This document shows, piece after piece, positions 25,684 to 38,300 of a stretch of DNA of 64,000 bases (the stretch's first letter is position 1; each line of letters opens with the position of its first letter). The stretch covers positions 1 through 64,000 of the forward strand of contig NW_025766012.1 of NCBI RefSeq assembly GCF_003918875.1, in the 5' to 3' direction. The stretch is from Haliotis rubra (taxonomy: Eukaryota). The translations under genes were made by a program, and so were the position numbers. The notes below the pieces were generated by a model. The model was given only the letters and a program-made list of their open reading frames with translations. It made no database searches and was not told where the DNA came from.

Positions 25684-27009
25684 ATGGCCAAAGCTCAAAG
25701 GACTGTGGACCTGCATGTTCTCGGGGATAAAGGATCGGGCAAGTCTCTTTTCATACGGCAACTGGCTAATACAGTAGACTTCAGAAAGCTGAAAATTAGT
25801 AAGAAGTGTTACGTTGTGGAATTGGATCTGGAAAAGCTTATTGGAATTCCAGTTCTTCTAAACATCAGAGAATACAGAAGTTGGAAGTCCCATAGAGCTC
25901 TTATCGCCATTAAATACTGTAGGGCAGATGCATATTTACTGTTTTATGACATAGAGGAAACAACTATCTTCGAGAGAGCTCCAAGGATAACGCGGTGGCG
26001 TTATTTGAAGGGAGGAAAAACCTATCTATTGGGAAACAAAAGTGACAGGGTAGACAGAGACAACGTTCAGTTAATGGATCCTATCACTACCAAGCGACAG
26101 CCAGTGAAGCGCCACTTGATGGTATCAGCTAAAGATGGACATAACATACATAAAATGCTGGTTGATGTTCTTGGGGATGTCTTGGGCTCCAGTTTTGTAA
26201 TCAACAGTAGTCCACCATATTTAGACGTGCCCACTAGGAGTCGGGATCGCCGCTTGGAAGTTCAAACCTATCCAGTGGGAGTTCAAGCTGGTTTGTGTGT
26301 TATTGTTAACAACGACACGTTTGACAACGCAGCAGATCGACACGGCGCTGACAAGGACGTTATTATGATCGAAACAACATTTCGACCACTTGGATTTGAT
26401 ATGGGACAAGTGAAGAACAAAGACATTTCAACACTACTGGAAGACATGATCCATATATCTAAGCTGGATTATACATCGTACAGCATGTTTGTGTGTTTCA
26501 TCATGTCTCATGGGTCAGAGAACACCATTTGTGGAGTAGACGGCCTGACTATCGAAATTGAAGAGTTAACATCTCTGTTTTGTGCCCAGAATTGTCCCGG
26601 TCTAACCGGCAAACCCAAGCTGTTCATAATTCAGGCATGTCAGGGGTCTAAGGTTAATCCGTCGGCAACCGATCAGTGCGATGGAACAGGTCTTGCGGAC
26701 ACTCGAGAGAGGACTACTGTGCCAATGGTTGGAGACTTTTTAATTGCATATGCTACCAGTAAAGGATTCATTGCGTACCGCAATTCCAAAATGGGTTCTC
26801 CGTTTATACAGACACTGTGCGAGACAATTCGGGATTTTCCTGAAAATCACATTGTGGATATTCTGACCGTGGTAAACGAGAAGGTTGCCGCTATGAAATT
26901 TAAAGGGTCATTTAAACAGATGCCTATGTTCCAGTCGCAACTTAGAAAGCACCTGTACCTGAAGAGGCCGTCCGTGAGATCGGGCCATGATGACATTGTC
27001 GACCAATGA
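25684..27009 (+). CDS. Small-GTPase-like (Ras/Rab/Roc fold) domain fused to a caspase-8-like catalytic domain (p20+p10)
   Basis: Uninterrupted ORF (open from 25579; ATG MAKAQ at 25684 after a candidate acceptor TTGTAG at 25657). GTPase motifs: G1 GDKGSGKS, CRADAYLLFYD, G4 LLGNKSD, G5 VSAKDG. Caspase motifs: GLCVIVNN, RHGADKD, MSHG, GKPKLFIIQACQG, DFLIAYAT, AYRN..GSPFI, KQMP. Confidence 0.9.
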   Translation: MAKAQRTVDLHVLGDKGSGKSLFIRQLANTVDFRKLKISKKCYVVELDLEKLIGIPVLLNIREYRSWKSHRALIAIKYCRADAYLLFYDIEETTIFERAPRITRWRYLKGGKTYLLGNKSDRVDRDNVQLMDPITTKRQPVKRHLMVSAKDGHNIHKMLVDVLGDVLGSSFVINSSPPYLDVPTRSRDRRLEVQTYPVGVQAGLCVIVNNDTFDNAADRHGADKDVIMIETTFRPLGFDMGQVKNKDISTLLEDMIHISKLDYTSYSMFVCFIMSHGSENTICGVDGLTIEIEELTSLFCAQNCPGLTGKPKLFIIQACQGSKVNPSATDQCDGTGLADTRERTTVPMVGDFLIAYATSKGFIAYRNSKMGSPFIQTLCETIRDFPENHIVDILTVVNEKVAAMKFKGSFKQMPMFQSQLRKHLYLKRPSVRSGHDDIVDQ

Positions 27010-27169
27010 CTGACTCTGTGAATATATCGAAACTAGTTGTCCTGTTGTCCAGTTGGATACATGTTGACAAGGCAACAATCAACAATAATGGTAATCTGCG
27101 GATCTGCCAGTAGGAAAAGTAGGTGTTCAGTTGGATACGTGTTGTCAAGGCAACAGGCACCCGTACGTG

Positions 27170-27315
27170 ACTGTAGCCTGTGGATCTGTCAGTGACAAAC
27201 CTAGGTGTTCAGATGGCTGTAATCTCTGGACTGACAGTAGTTTGTGGATCTGTCAGTGACAAACCTAGGTGTTCAGATGGCTGTAATCTCTGGACTGACT
27301 GTAGTTTGTGGAACT
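27170..27315. repeat. 64-bp tandem duplication downstream of the caspase gene
   Basis: GGATCTGTCAGTGACAAACCTAGGTGTTCAGATGG... at 27182 and 27246. Confidence 0.85.
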
Positions 27316-28208
27316 GAGAATGGCAAAACTGTCAAGGCGACAGACAACCATTACGGACTGTTAAATGCTGATTGTTGATGTATTGATAATCTATAATTTT
27401 GTTGACATAGACTGATATTTGCATGTTAGTAGATTTGACGTACAGAAAAAGATTTATGCTAGACCAATGTAAATCATCGAACTGCTTTGAAGTGGATCCA
27501 TTCAAAGTGAATATTTGCATAATTCATCGGTTTTGGGCAGGTGCAAAGAGACTGGTTAGTTTATGATTAACAGATACACAAATTATTTACACCATGAAGA
27601 CAATGAACTTAAGCATTGTTATTTGTTGTAAACCAGTGGTATTCATAAAGCCAATGTGCAATGAGATGAACTGTATTTAAATGGAATAGATATTTTGACT
27701 GAGCACTACATATGCATATATTATTTCAGATGTGTATAGGCTTTGTGTCAAGCAACTACCGTAAATGATAAACGGAAATAATCTTTTTTAATATGTCTTG
27801 TCTGATTTGCCTGTTTGTAATCAATTCATAACACCTTAAACAAAAATTCAACAGTCAGTAAAAAGGTTTATATTTCCACAAGTCCATGATTTATTTACAG
27901 CCAACACTGGGTCAAGGGTCAAAAGTAGTTCCTATGCAAATTAGCCAACTCTCAATGAGGTCAGGTCTGATGTCTTGCCCCTGGCTTTCATTGGCTGAAG
28001 ATGTCCAACATGTTGAAGTTAGATGCATTAGGAAAGTGTGGAGTTTGTTCACTAGCTGTTTTTCTCCCAATCTGGCACGGTGGTTAAAAGGTCATAGAGG
28101 AGGATTTTGAATTGGCGAATTACAGGTTAGTTTCACTTGGTTTCATAAAAAAATGAAATTAAAATACAAAAATATGTCTAATTTTTGAAAGTTTAATTCA
28201 ATATTCAT

Positions 28209-28597
28209 CATAGCTGTATTTATGCATTTGGTGGAGGTATACTTTGACTTATAGTTAGAAGGTGGTGTCAATAATTTCACTTGCAATTGATTCAGATTTA
28301 TGTTTGAGTCCAAACATACTGTACATTTACTTTACTGGTTAGAATTATCATTTCCATGCTAATTAAGGCATACTATATTCAGTCCTTGGTTGGTCCTTGG
28401 TCATAGCTGTATTTATCCATTTGGTGGAGGTATACTTTGACTTATAGTTAGAAGTTGTTGGTGTCAATAATTTCACTTGCAATTTATTCAGATTTATGTT
28501 TGAGTCCAAACATACTGTACATTTACTTTACTGGTTAGAATTATCATTTCCATGCTAATTAAGGCATACTATATTCAGTCCTTGGCTGGTGCTTGGT
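28209..28597. repeat. ~193-bp tandem duplication
   Basis: CATAGCTGTATTTAT...CAGTCCTTGG at 28209 and 28402, near-identical. Confidence 0.9.
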
Positions 28598-28685
28598 GCA
28601 CGTTGATGTTTCACAACATGAGGCAAGTTTGATGCAAGTTGTCCCATAGATGGTAAGACACGCTGAGATGTGTCATGGTCGTTTG

Positions 28686-28854
28686 GGGGCGGTGGGGTAG
28701 TCTCATGGTTAAAGCGTCCACTCTTCACGCTGAAGTCCCGGGTTCCATTCCCCACATGGGTACAATGTGTGAAGAACATTTCTGGTGTCCCCCGCTGCGA
28801 TAGTGCTGAAATATTGCTAAAAGCGGCGTAAAACCATACCCACACACTCACTCA
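28686..28854 (+). mobile_element. tRNA-derived SINE (family 1)
   Basis: A box and B box (GGTTCCATTCC), (CACT)n tail, TSD-like TCATGGTCGTTT/TCATGGTTATTT; homologous to 49031-49200. Confidence 0.85.
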
Positions 28855-30416
28855 TGGTTATTTTGAAGATGCTATATATATTCACTAATTGCACTCCCAA
28901 GGATTTGAATATGTAACGGAACTATTAGTTTTGTGATGTCCATTTGTTTTGAGTTTGTTGTATATGTTCAGCGGTAATAATGGTATTCATAAAGCCATAT
29001 TTGCAATGACATGAACTGAATTTAATGGAGTAGATATTTTGGCTGAGCGCTATGTATACATGTATTATTTCAGATTTGTGTACACTTTGTGTAAAACAAC
29101 TACCGAAAATAATAAACAGACTTACAGCCTCAACGGAGTTGTGTTGTTGTGGACACAAAGCCATCCCCGTTACAATAATATCCACAAGAATTGCTCATAA
29201 TTATTTGGTTTTGAAATCGAAATGCCTTTGACGGGAAATATTCTCATCTCATAAAGCCGTATATGTTATTATATTGTCATTAGTCTGTGACAACGGTATT
29301 CAGTTGTCGTTGAAGGGCTCATTGCCCATTGCACCATCTGGAGTCCATTGCAGCCCCTGCATGAAGTTCTGTCCAACTTTCAGGTGTGTGTACGTACTGG
29401 CCTCGAGCGGGGTATGCATACTCTCATGACTCAAGTGAATGTTGCTTTATGCCGCAAGTATAATGCCCTAGCCAACAATATTCCAGTTAATTCCACCCAT
29501 CAACACGAATTGGTTACTAGGGGACAGTTTGAACCCGAAATCTTGGCGAAGATCGGTCAGTCATATTTTGTATCTGAAACAGAGAGCAGCTATATGTACT
29601 ACATTTGTCATACTTCCTATTTAGATGCCTGCTTCGTATCGATAAATTGATTTACTTGAACTTTAAACCGTTATTGGTAATGATTGACAAGGTCCATTGC
29701 GAAAAGGTGAGGGGATCCGGGTCGCTGGTGTAACTCGTCAGAAGCACGTGCAAAGGCAAGGCAATTGTTCCCTTGAAAAAACACCAAAAAAAAGCGCAGC
29801 CATTTTGTATGAGTCAAAATAAGGAATTTCATCGTTCATTTTCTGTCACTGATGCTTCAGATTTGGAAATGTCCTCCTCATGGCTGTCTAAAACCGTTTT
29901 GAAAGTTTATCTGAGGTCTTTTATGTTGTAACATTAATCAACCAACTGCTCAGCAAGAGTCGAAAAGAACTTGTTCACTCGTACACAGGTGTGAAGTGTA
30001 ACTTCTAAATATTTTAGGACACAAAAGAAAAGTTGAAATCATCACCCATGCCACACTGTCTTGGGTATTGTCAATATTCTTTTCCACTCCTTTGTCCTCC
30101 TTTGTTTCTAGTTTAGACAGGTAGATCATTGGAAGGGACTTAACCTGAAGGTGAAGTTGAACATCTTGGACAAATAACCTTCGTTTGACTTTGAGAATCC
30201 GATTCATACTGTATAATGCAACAGATCAACAAGAAAGGGAGTACTACAGATTCTTGTCAAAATGTCTTGCCTCTAAAATGTACATAAATGTTACGAGATA
30301 AGTATTTCAGATTTTCTTTTCTCAATAAACTCCAGATAGCATTTTGTTTTTATTTTTGAACTTCTGAAGAGAGGGATATGTAACTGTATCTATATTCACC
30401 GGGTTTTATAACAAAT

Positions 30417-30600
30417 CGTTGTTGTTTAACGCCGCACTCAGCATATATATGACGGTGGTCTATAAATAAGCTGGACCAGACAATCCGGTGATTGACGTTA
30501 TAGGCATCAATTTACATATTTGGGATACAATGGCATGTGTCAACCACGTCAGCAAGCCTGACCACCCAGTCACTGCTGAAGACCGAATCTAACCTGGATC
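30417..30600 (-). mobile_element. Degenerate SINE (family 2)
   Basis: Homologous to 58825-59029 (GGACCAGA.AATCC.GTGAT...GAGCCTGACCACCC). Confidence 0.7.
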
Positions 30601-31296
30601 ATTTCCCGAATGAATTAAAGAAAGTTTCCCTTAGGTTTCGCATGTCTGCGTTTTTCATTTTCGTACAAACCCCACGCCGATGATGGTAGATCATTGTGAG
30701 ATTCTAGCATGTAAACAAAACAATGTAATAACGAAATCATCTGTGGTGTGTATGATAGCATAAAAAGGTACTGAACGTATTTCTGCGAGGAGATTCATGA
30801 ATTAATAGGTTTTGTTACTGATGTGTGTTCCCTGTCTACGTAAAGAAAATCACTACGTTGCCATTATACAGCTGGTACAATATTGATCAAAGTAAGTTCA
30901 GCTTAATGCTTATAGTAAACACTATTGCAGTGGTGGTATTGGAGGTAAATACAAAAGTAATGATAACTGTCTTATGTTTTGCTCCCTTCAAAGGTAGCGC
31001 CCAAGACAGTAACACGGTGTTTCCACTTAACAAGAATAAGCGAGCCATGAGTGAGTGAGTTTAATTTTACGCCGCTTTAAGCAATATATCTAATACCTCC
31101 TATATATGACAATCCAACATCTCGAATAGATAGAAAAGAAAGGCAATAGTTGAGAATCTAACATTTTAAAAAACGAATTTCGATTTTCAACCTTGAAAAT
31201 CCATTTCTAAGTTTAATGTCGATGAAAGTCAAAACTGCAGAGCTGATGTTTTGGAGTACACATCACCAATTAAATTGAGCACTTGGCCTTCAATAT

Positions 31297-33335
31297 TGTA
31301 ACACCCTTGGGGTGCACATGGGAAAACAAATAACACAAGGAGACGATGAAGTAGAGAGCAAAGTTTGCCGGGATATATGCAAACTGTGTTTTAATTTTGT
31401 TTCAATGGCAAGAATGTAGATGGGATTTTGTTAGCAATGCAATAAAATAAATGATGCCAATAAATATCACACACTACTCGGCCTATATATATCTATATCT
31501 AATGGCAAGGCTCAGTCTCCAAGGAAATAGTTATTTTGTTATTTCAACTCAAATATCTAGCAGAAATGTTACTGAGTATGTAATATAGTTATTAAATTGA
31601 TTGTAATTTGTCTTAAAATATATACCTAGAAGCAGTTATGATGATAAATCTAAGTCAGTAGAGGTGCCAGGTAAAACTAGAGCAGGAGCCTTTAATCAGA
31701 CCGAAAGTCTTATTGTATCTAAATCGAGTGACCCGAGTGAATCGAATCCGAATCGAGTCCGAGTCGAGTGTGTGAATCGAGTGTCAGGCCTTGACCAGTG
31801 ATCGTATTTATAGGCATCATCAGGAGGTCATGTGACCTTTCTCAACCAATCAGAACACAGGTTTGATGGCTTGCATACAAGAAACGCTGCCTAGGCAGTT
31901 TCATTTCTAACACAAGTAAGTGACTACTAATTGTCCTTATGTTGTTCTTCTTGTCCGAATACAATTAGGACACAGTAGAAATAATCAGGACATCGAGACA
32001 GTTTGTTATAATAAAACGGACAATATCTTTCCGTCAACGTAGCGTCAGTGGCCGCCATCTTGGTTTGTGGTCGGCTCTATGACAAGTGAAATTTACAAAA
32101 GCATCAGTTTCCTTTATCATATGGTATTGTCCTTATGTTAAATAAAGTGTCCGAAAAGATCAACCATGATGGACAAGTGAGATTTGTGTAAACATGTTGT
32201 ATAACAAGAATAGGGACAACGATTATATTCAGGCCAAGCGGCGGGACGACATTTTGACAGACGTCAAATGTATACTAAGACCATTGACAACTTTGGCCCA
32301 GTGTAGCATCAATATGCCCTGTATCCAGGAATTGATGTTGTCCTATGTGTCCTTTAACAATTCGGACACTAACAAGATTGCTAAAATATTTGGTAAATGC
32401 AAACAGAGAAAACGGACAGCAGACTGTCAATTAGTGCCTAGAATGATTGTCGGCAACAAATGTCAACACACGAAACGACTGTCATATTGCAGGTACAAAT
32501 GTCGGAAATACAGGTGGTTATACATTGTCCTCTATATCGTAAAGCAAGGCATTTCTACCATAGAATGCAGGAAAATACCAGATAATGAATATGTGGCTTT
32601 GATATAAAAACGGACATCGAATTTATAATTAGTCACTCAGCCTAACGTAAATGTTGTTGACAGGTCACCGTAACCCGAGAAATGTCAAACAGATCAAATT
32701 CGTTATTCAGTTCAATCAAGTGTAATTTTCATTAGTATCCATCATGGAATACACTTTAAAACACTTCTGAGCAAGAAAGTTATCAGAAAATCGTCATTAA
32801 CAAGTGTAATAAGTCATTGTTTATCTGGGTCAAAAGTCACACTTACTTTCTATAAATAGCCACGAAGCAGGAGTGTACACAAGAAATAGTCCCTGACAAA
32901 CATCGGTGTTAACACTCAAAATACACAATGATTCAAGACAGTGAATAAATATATCATTTGGAGACATGGAATACATAAGTCTGTACAATAATAGTACACA
33001 CAATGACATCAGTAGTAGAATCCTTCATGGATGTAAATAGCGTAGTGACACTCAGTGGTAATTAGGTCATGTCTGACAAGTGCTGCTACCGCGAACGTTC
33101 AGTGCTTGATAAAACAACTATCAACAGTGAATATGCCCCCCTTAAAGACGCCTCAGATCTGTGAACTTCAGAACCAGGTAACTGTCTATGATGTTGTTAG
33201 GTTGTTATTTACTTTAATGTTAAAAATATGGATGGACATTTGCAGATAGATCGTGATATAACGAAAATAGGTGACACTTGTGATTGACAAAGTTTACATG
33301 ATGTTTTTAATACTTATACTTTAGATTCTATTACA
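31297..33335 (-). repeat. Gypsy 3' LTR (2039 bp)
   Basis: Matches 40608-42630; preceded on minus by PPT GGGAAGGGGGAAG (33336-33348). Confidence 0.97.
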
Positions 33336-33386
33336 CTTCCCCCTTCCCACTAAAATCCTAAATACTCCTGTATTTATAATGGCTGT

Positions 33387-34793
33387 CTATGCTTCGAGGC
33401 GCAGCGGCACATCGTCTAGTTGTTTGAGAAAAGGATCCAGGTCTTGGTCTCTCATGGTGGCTAGACTTGCCATCATCTGGACTTGTCTGGCAGCAGTTGG
33501 GGGCAGGTCGCTCTCTTTTTCTGCTCGGGCCACCATCACCAAGAACTTATATTGGTACAGTCTCATCTTGTGTAGTTCGCTCAACTCAACTTTGGCGTCT
33601 CCAGTGCCAGGAAGTCCTAGGAAATTATACTTGTCAAGAAGGTCCTGTCTACTGGATGTCGGCATGCAACCTCTGAGCTCTTCCTCAAACTTCATAGCTG
33701 CGAACTCCCAGCTCAACAGCTTCTTGTCTGCTGTCATGGCCGTCCATCCCTTGGGTGGCCAGAGGATGGAGGTCCCACCAAGGCGAAGAGGGCTTCCCGC
33801 CTGGTCCATTCCCTCGGGCTGGGGAAACTGGGGCATCGCTCCTGTTTTAAAAGGTTGTGTGCTTGCTTCATGGTACTTCGATGCGCTGAGAGGTCAGGTC
33901 TGTGAGGCACTGTTTCTTGGAGCTTGTAGCAGGCTTCTCTCCTTGTGAGCTACGCTTTGGCGGATGGATGGTCGATGGCCAAGAGAATGCACGTTTCACC
34001 TCGGACATTGGGACTTCAAAGCCTAGTTAGTCGGTTACAACCTTCGAGAATCCTAGGCAGGTGGGCAAGATCCACTGGTGTTGACGAGTTTGATGGCAGC
34101 TCAGGAGTTTCTCTTCCCACTAATTGGAAAAGGTTTCTTGCAAGGACTTCTCCAATGATTGTGTTCTTTAAGATGTTGGGAGATAGATCGAGTTGAACCC
34201 AGCTGAAAAAAGACCACCTGTAATCTTGAAATCGAGAGTTATATCCTCTTTTCCTACCTTGACAGCATTCAGATGATAATTTGGGTCTTGAATCCTTGGT
34301 GTTTCCGGATCATATGCCTCTAAAGGTTGGAGCTGGTGAGGTCATCATCAAGAGTTTGTTCTGCTGGTGGAATGTCCAATGATAATACCTCTTCAGGAGA
34401 AGTCAAGCTCCACCCAGCCTCCCATTCCTTCCTGGTTCTGTGTATGAGTGAGTCGGTATTGCCATCTTCCAACCACTGGAGCACAAGCTCCCTCGCTCTG
34501 ATGGCTGGTTCATTCGATGCCGGTGTGTAGTCAAGAGCCCGAGCATAGTCCTTAGGGCATAGCGAAAACCAGAAACCGTTTGCTTCAGTTAGCAAAGACC
34601 CATCAATAGCCTCGTCTTGGTGCTCAGCTTGTATGTGCATCTTTAAGTCGCAAACTCGACGAAATGTTCTCCCTTCATCGCACCACACGCAGAGGACCCG
34701 TAGCGCACCATGATCATCACGTGCTACATGGTTCTTCAACTCCCTTTTGGAGGTACAGACAGCAGGACACATCCAGCAGGTGAATTTCCCCAT
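33387..34793 (-). CDS. Gypsy extra ORF3 with two C2H2-type zinc fingers (disrupted in this assembly)
   Basis: MGKFTCWMC..H....H and CVWC...H....H in ORF 34320-34895; further coding-like segment 33387-33836 ending ~40 bp before the PPT; acceptor-like TTTCAG 2 nt before the ATG. Confidence 0.6.
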
Positions 34794-35361
34794 TGCTGAA
34801 ATAATATTGTAAATATTAGCACTGATACGACCATCATATATGGTATTAATGGAGACGAGAGCCCTGTCAAGTATGTTCAGTTTTTTTTTCTTCACTCATA
34901 AGTTCCTAATGCTATCCCTGACAAAAAAAATGGATGTACCATGCAGAAGCTCCAAGATATAAAACCGGTATCCATTCTTATTTCCAAATAAGTATAACCC
35001 TGGTAGGTGCCTCTCACATATTTGGGTATAAAAGTACAAGTGTATATGTGTCCCAGTGAGTTGCACTCGCCATTTTGCCATAATGTCCAAAAGTTAGACA
35101 ACAGAAAAGTTGCTTCTCCAATTCAGTCAAGGATAACATCATCATCTCGGACAGGAACATGTGAACATTAGATATTCAGCACATCATAGGGCTGACAAAC
35201 ATCTTCCAGATATGTTAACAACCAGATCATCCAGGGAGCATCGGGTAGGGGGACTTGAGAATTTCATCAGGCGGAAGTAATGTTTAGTGTTAATTATCAT
35301 GTTTATTGTTGAACAAATATTTACAGCGAACAGTCATCAGAAAATCATGGAAATCATGGGC

Positions 35362-38300
35362 CTAGTCTCTTGTTTTGCATCTGCTGATCCATCTGGGCAC
35401 ATTCCGTCCCAAGTATGGAAGTAGTCTGTCAATGTGGATTGCCTTAGCCATCTGATGTTGCGACTTCTTCACCAAGTAAGTGAGATCATCTAACTTTCTC
35501 AGTATGACATATGGACCTTTCCAGGGCGAGGTAAGTTTGCTGCAGACGCCAACCTTCCTGACTGGATTTAGAAGCCAAACAGGTTGCCCGGTGGTGAGAA
35601 CACGCTTCTTTGCTCTAAGGTCATAGTGACGCTTCTGGTAAGTTGTTCTCTTCTTCAGACATTGTCTGCTTATGTTGTGGATGTTGACCAGCTTTTCCTT
35701 CAGATGACTGATGTACGTGTCAGGAGTTTTATTTTCCTGGTCCTTATCTTTAGGACGTATTATCAGAGCTTGCACTGGGAGGGTAATCTCTGCCTAGGAC
35801 CATCATGTTTGGTGTTTTACCTGTGGTTGCATGCTCTGAAGCTCGATATGCCATCAGGATCTGAGGTAGGAATTCATCCCAAGACCGTTGGTCTGATTCT
35901 GCATACATGGTCAGCATCTGTTTTAAGGTGCGGTTAAACCGCTCAACACAACCATTAGACTGTGGATGCAGACTTGTTGTCCTTGTTTTATCAATGTGGA
36001 ACAGGTCACACATATCCTTGAATACAGCAGACTCGAAGTTTGAGCCTTGATCAGAGTGAAGCTGCAGTGGTACACCAAAACGACAAATAAAGGTGTCAAT
36101 GAAGGCCTTAGCAACTGTCTTTGCCTCCTGATCAGGTAATGCAACAGCTTCTACCCACTTGGTAAACTGGTCTACCATCACCAGAATGTATCTGTTACCA
36201 TTCTTAGACTTGGGGAGGGGCCCAACAATGTCAATAGCTACCCGTTCCATTGGTTCACCAACCTGATAGGATCCCAGTGGAGACCTCTGGAGGGTAGGAG
36301 ACTTTCTAGCAGAGCATCGATCACACAGAGAACAGTATGTCGATATGTCATCTTTCATGGCTGGCCAATAAAAAAGATTGTCTGACTTTGCCCAAAGTCT
36401 TTTCAGAACCCAAGTGACCAGAGGAAGGAACATCATGACAGTATCTCAAGACGTCATCCTTCTTTATCTCAGGTACTATGAGCTGCAGAACTTCCTGGTC
36501 CTCGTCTTCACTTATCCATCTACGATACAGTAGCCCGATGTGAGCCTCAAGTCTTTCCCACTGTCTCCACAGAGTTTTCAGGGAAGAGGTAAGATGGGAA
36601 ATGGTATCCCACTTGGGTCTTGACAAGCCGTCTTCTTTAGCGGTAAGAAGAATGCCAATGTTTTTGTCCTCTAACTGCTCTTGTCTTAGTTGTGCTATTT
36701 CCCATCCATCGAGCAGACGAAGTCCAGATTTGGTGAGGCAACCATTCTCAGAAGATTTTTGTCTTGTGATAGCTCGCGAAGCTAAAACATTACTGCTTAA
36801 TTCTGGAGAACCATTTTCATCAACAAATTTGATGCTACCTTGTGCAGACTCTGCTTCATCGTCACTAAGACTCGGATTAGAACTCTGCCTTACACATGTG
36901 GCACATGGAGATCTCAAAAGTGCATCAGCATTCCCATGTTGTCTGCCTGGGCGATGAGTGACCAACAGGTTATAATTCCCCAGCTCTTGAAGCCATCTTG
37001 CTACCTGTCCATTTGGATTCTTGAGGTTCTTCATCCATGAAACTGCAGCATTGTCAGTCCTCAGCAGCACTTCTTGTCCATACAGGTAAGTGTGGAAGTG
37101 TTTTAGTGCTGTAACAACTGCAAGAAGTTCTTTCCGCGTGATGCAGTAAGACCTCTCATGGCTGTTCATTGCTTTGCTCATATAGGCAATCACTTTTTCT
37201 GACCCATCTTGTTCCTGAGATAGTACTGCCCCCATTGCATTGTCACTGGCATCTGTGTCCAGTATGAACTTCTTGCCTAGAATGGGATATGACAGAATGG
37301 GAGATGAAATCAAAGCATGCTTCAGGGTTTCAAAAGCTCTTTGACACTCATCAGTCCACTTGAACTGTGCTTTCTTGTCAGTCAACCTGTGAAGTGGTCT
37401 CGCAATGTCAGCAAATCCTTTGACAAACCTCCGATAATAGGAACACAGTCCCAGGAAGCTCCTCACCTCTTTGACACGAGTTGGTGCAGGCCAGTCTTTT
37501 ACTGCTTCAGTCTTTTTGGGATCAGTTTCCACTCCCTGAGCAGACACAATATGGCCCAGAAACTTTATTCTTTTCTGGAAGAAAGAACACTTAGAGGGTT
37601 TTAGTTTCAACCCTGCTTGTAACAGCCTCTGGAATACATGTTCTAACTTCTGAAGGCACTGGAATACACCATTTCCAGGAACAATTACATCATCCATGTA
37701 AATTAAGCATTCAACCCACTGCATGCCAACAAAGACATTTTCCATCAATCTTTGAAATGTTGATGGAGCATTTACGAGACCAAAAGGCATAACTGTAAAC
37801 TGGTACAGACCAATGCTGGTGGCAAATGCAGTTTTGTGTTTGTCACTTTCCTCAACACCCAGCTGCCAGAAGCCAGAGTTAAGATCCATGCAATTGAACC
37901 ATGATGAGCCAGCGAGAGCATCAAGACATTCATCTATCCTCGGTAAAGGATATGCATCCTTCAACGTGACTTCATTCAAACGCCTTTAGTCAATGCAAAA
38001 TCTCCAGCTATCGTCAGACTTCTTCACTAAGACTATAGGGCTTGCCCAAGGACTGTTTGAAGGTTCGATGACTCCACGGTCCAACATCTTGTAGATTTCA
38101 ACTTTTTCAGCTTCCCGTTTGCCAAATGGCAGACGCCTCGGAGGCTGTTTGATAGGCCTTGCATTGCCTGTGTCAATATGGTGTTCAACTAGATTGGTCC
38201 GTCCCAGGTCCTCAGGTGACTTTGAAAAGACATCTTGGTACTTGGTAAGTAACCCTGATAAGGCATCTGATTCATTGGGGGATAGGTGTATAGTACTTCT

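Noticed and set aside
28686-28760. tRNA genes here and at 49031-49105
   Set aside because: The tRNA-like heads continue into a shared body and simple-repeat tail, so these are SINEs.
29200-30260. Possible DNA transposon or exon remnants (ORFs 29348-29650 and 29950-30207)
   Set aside because: I could not identify TIRs, TSDs or protein motifs.
32194-32607. 137-aa ORF in the Gypsy LTR (also 41495-41906)
   Set aside because: No recognisable motifs, antisense to the element, and frameshifted in the other LTR.
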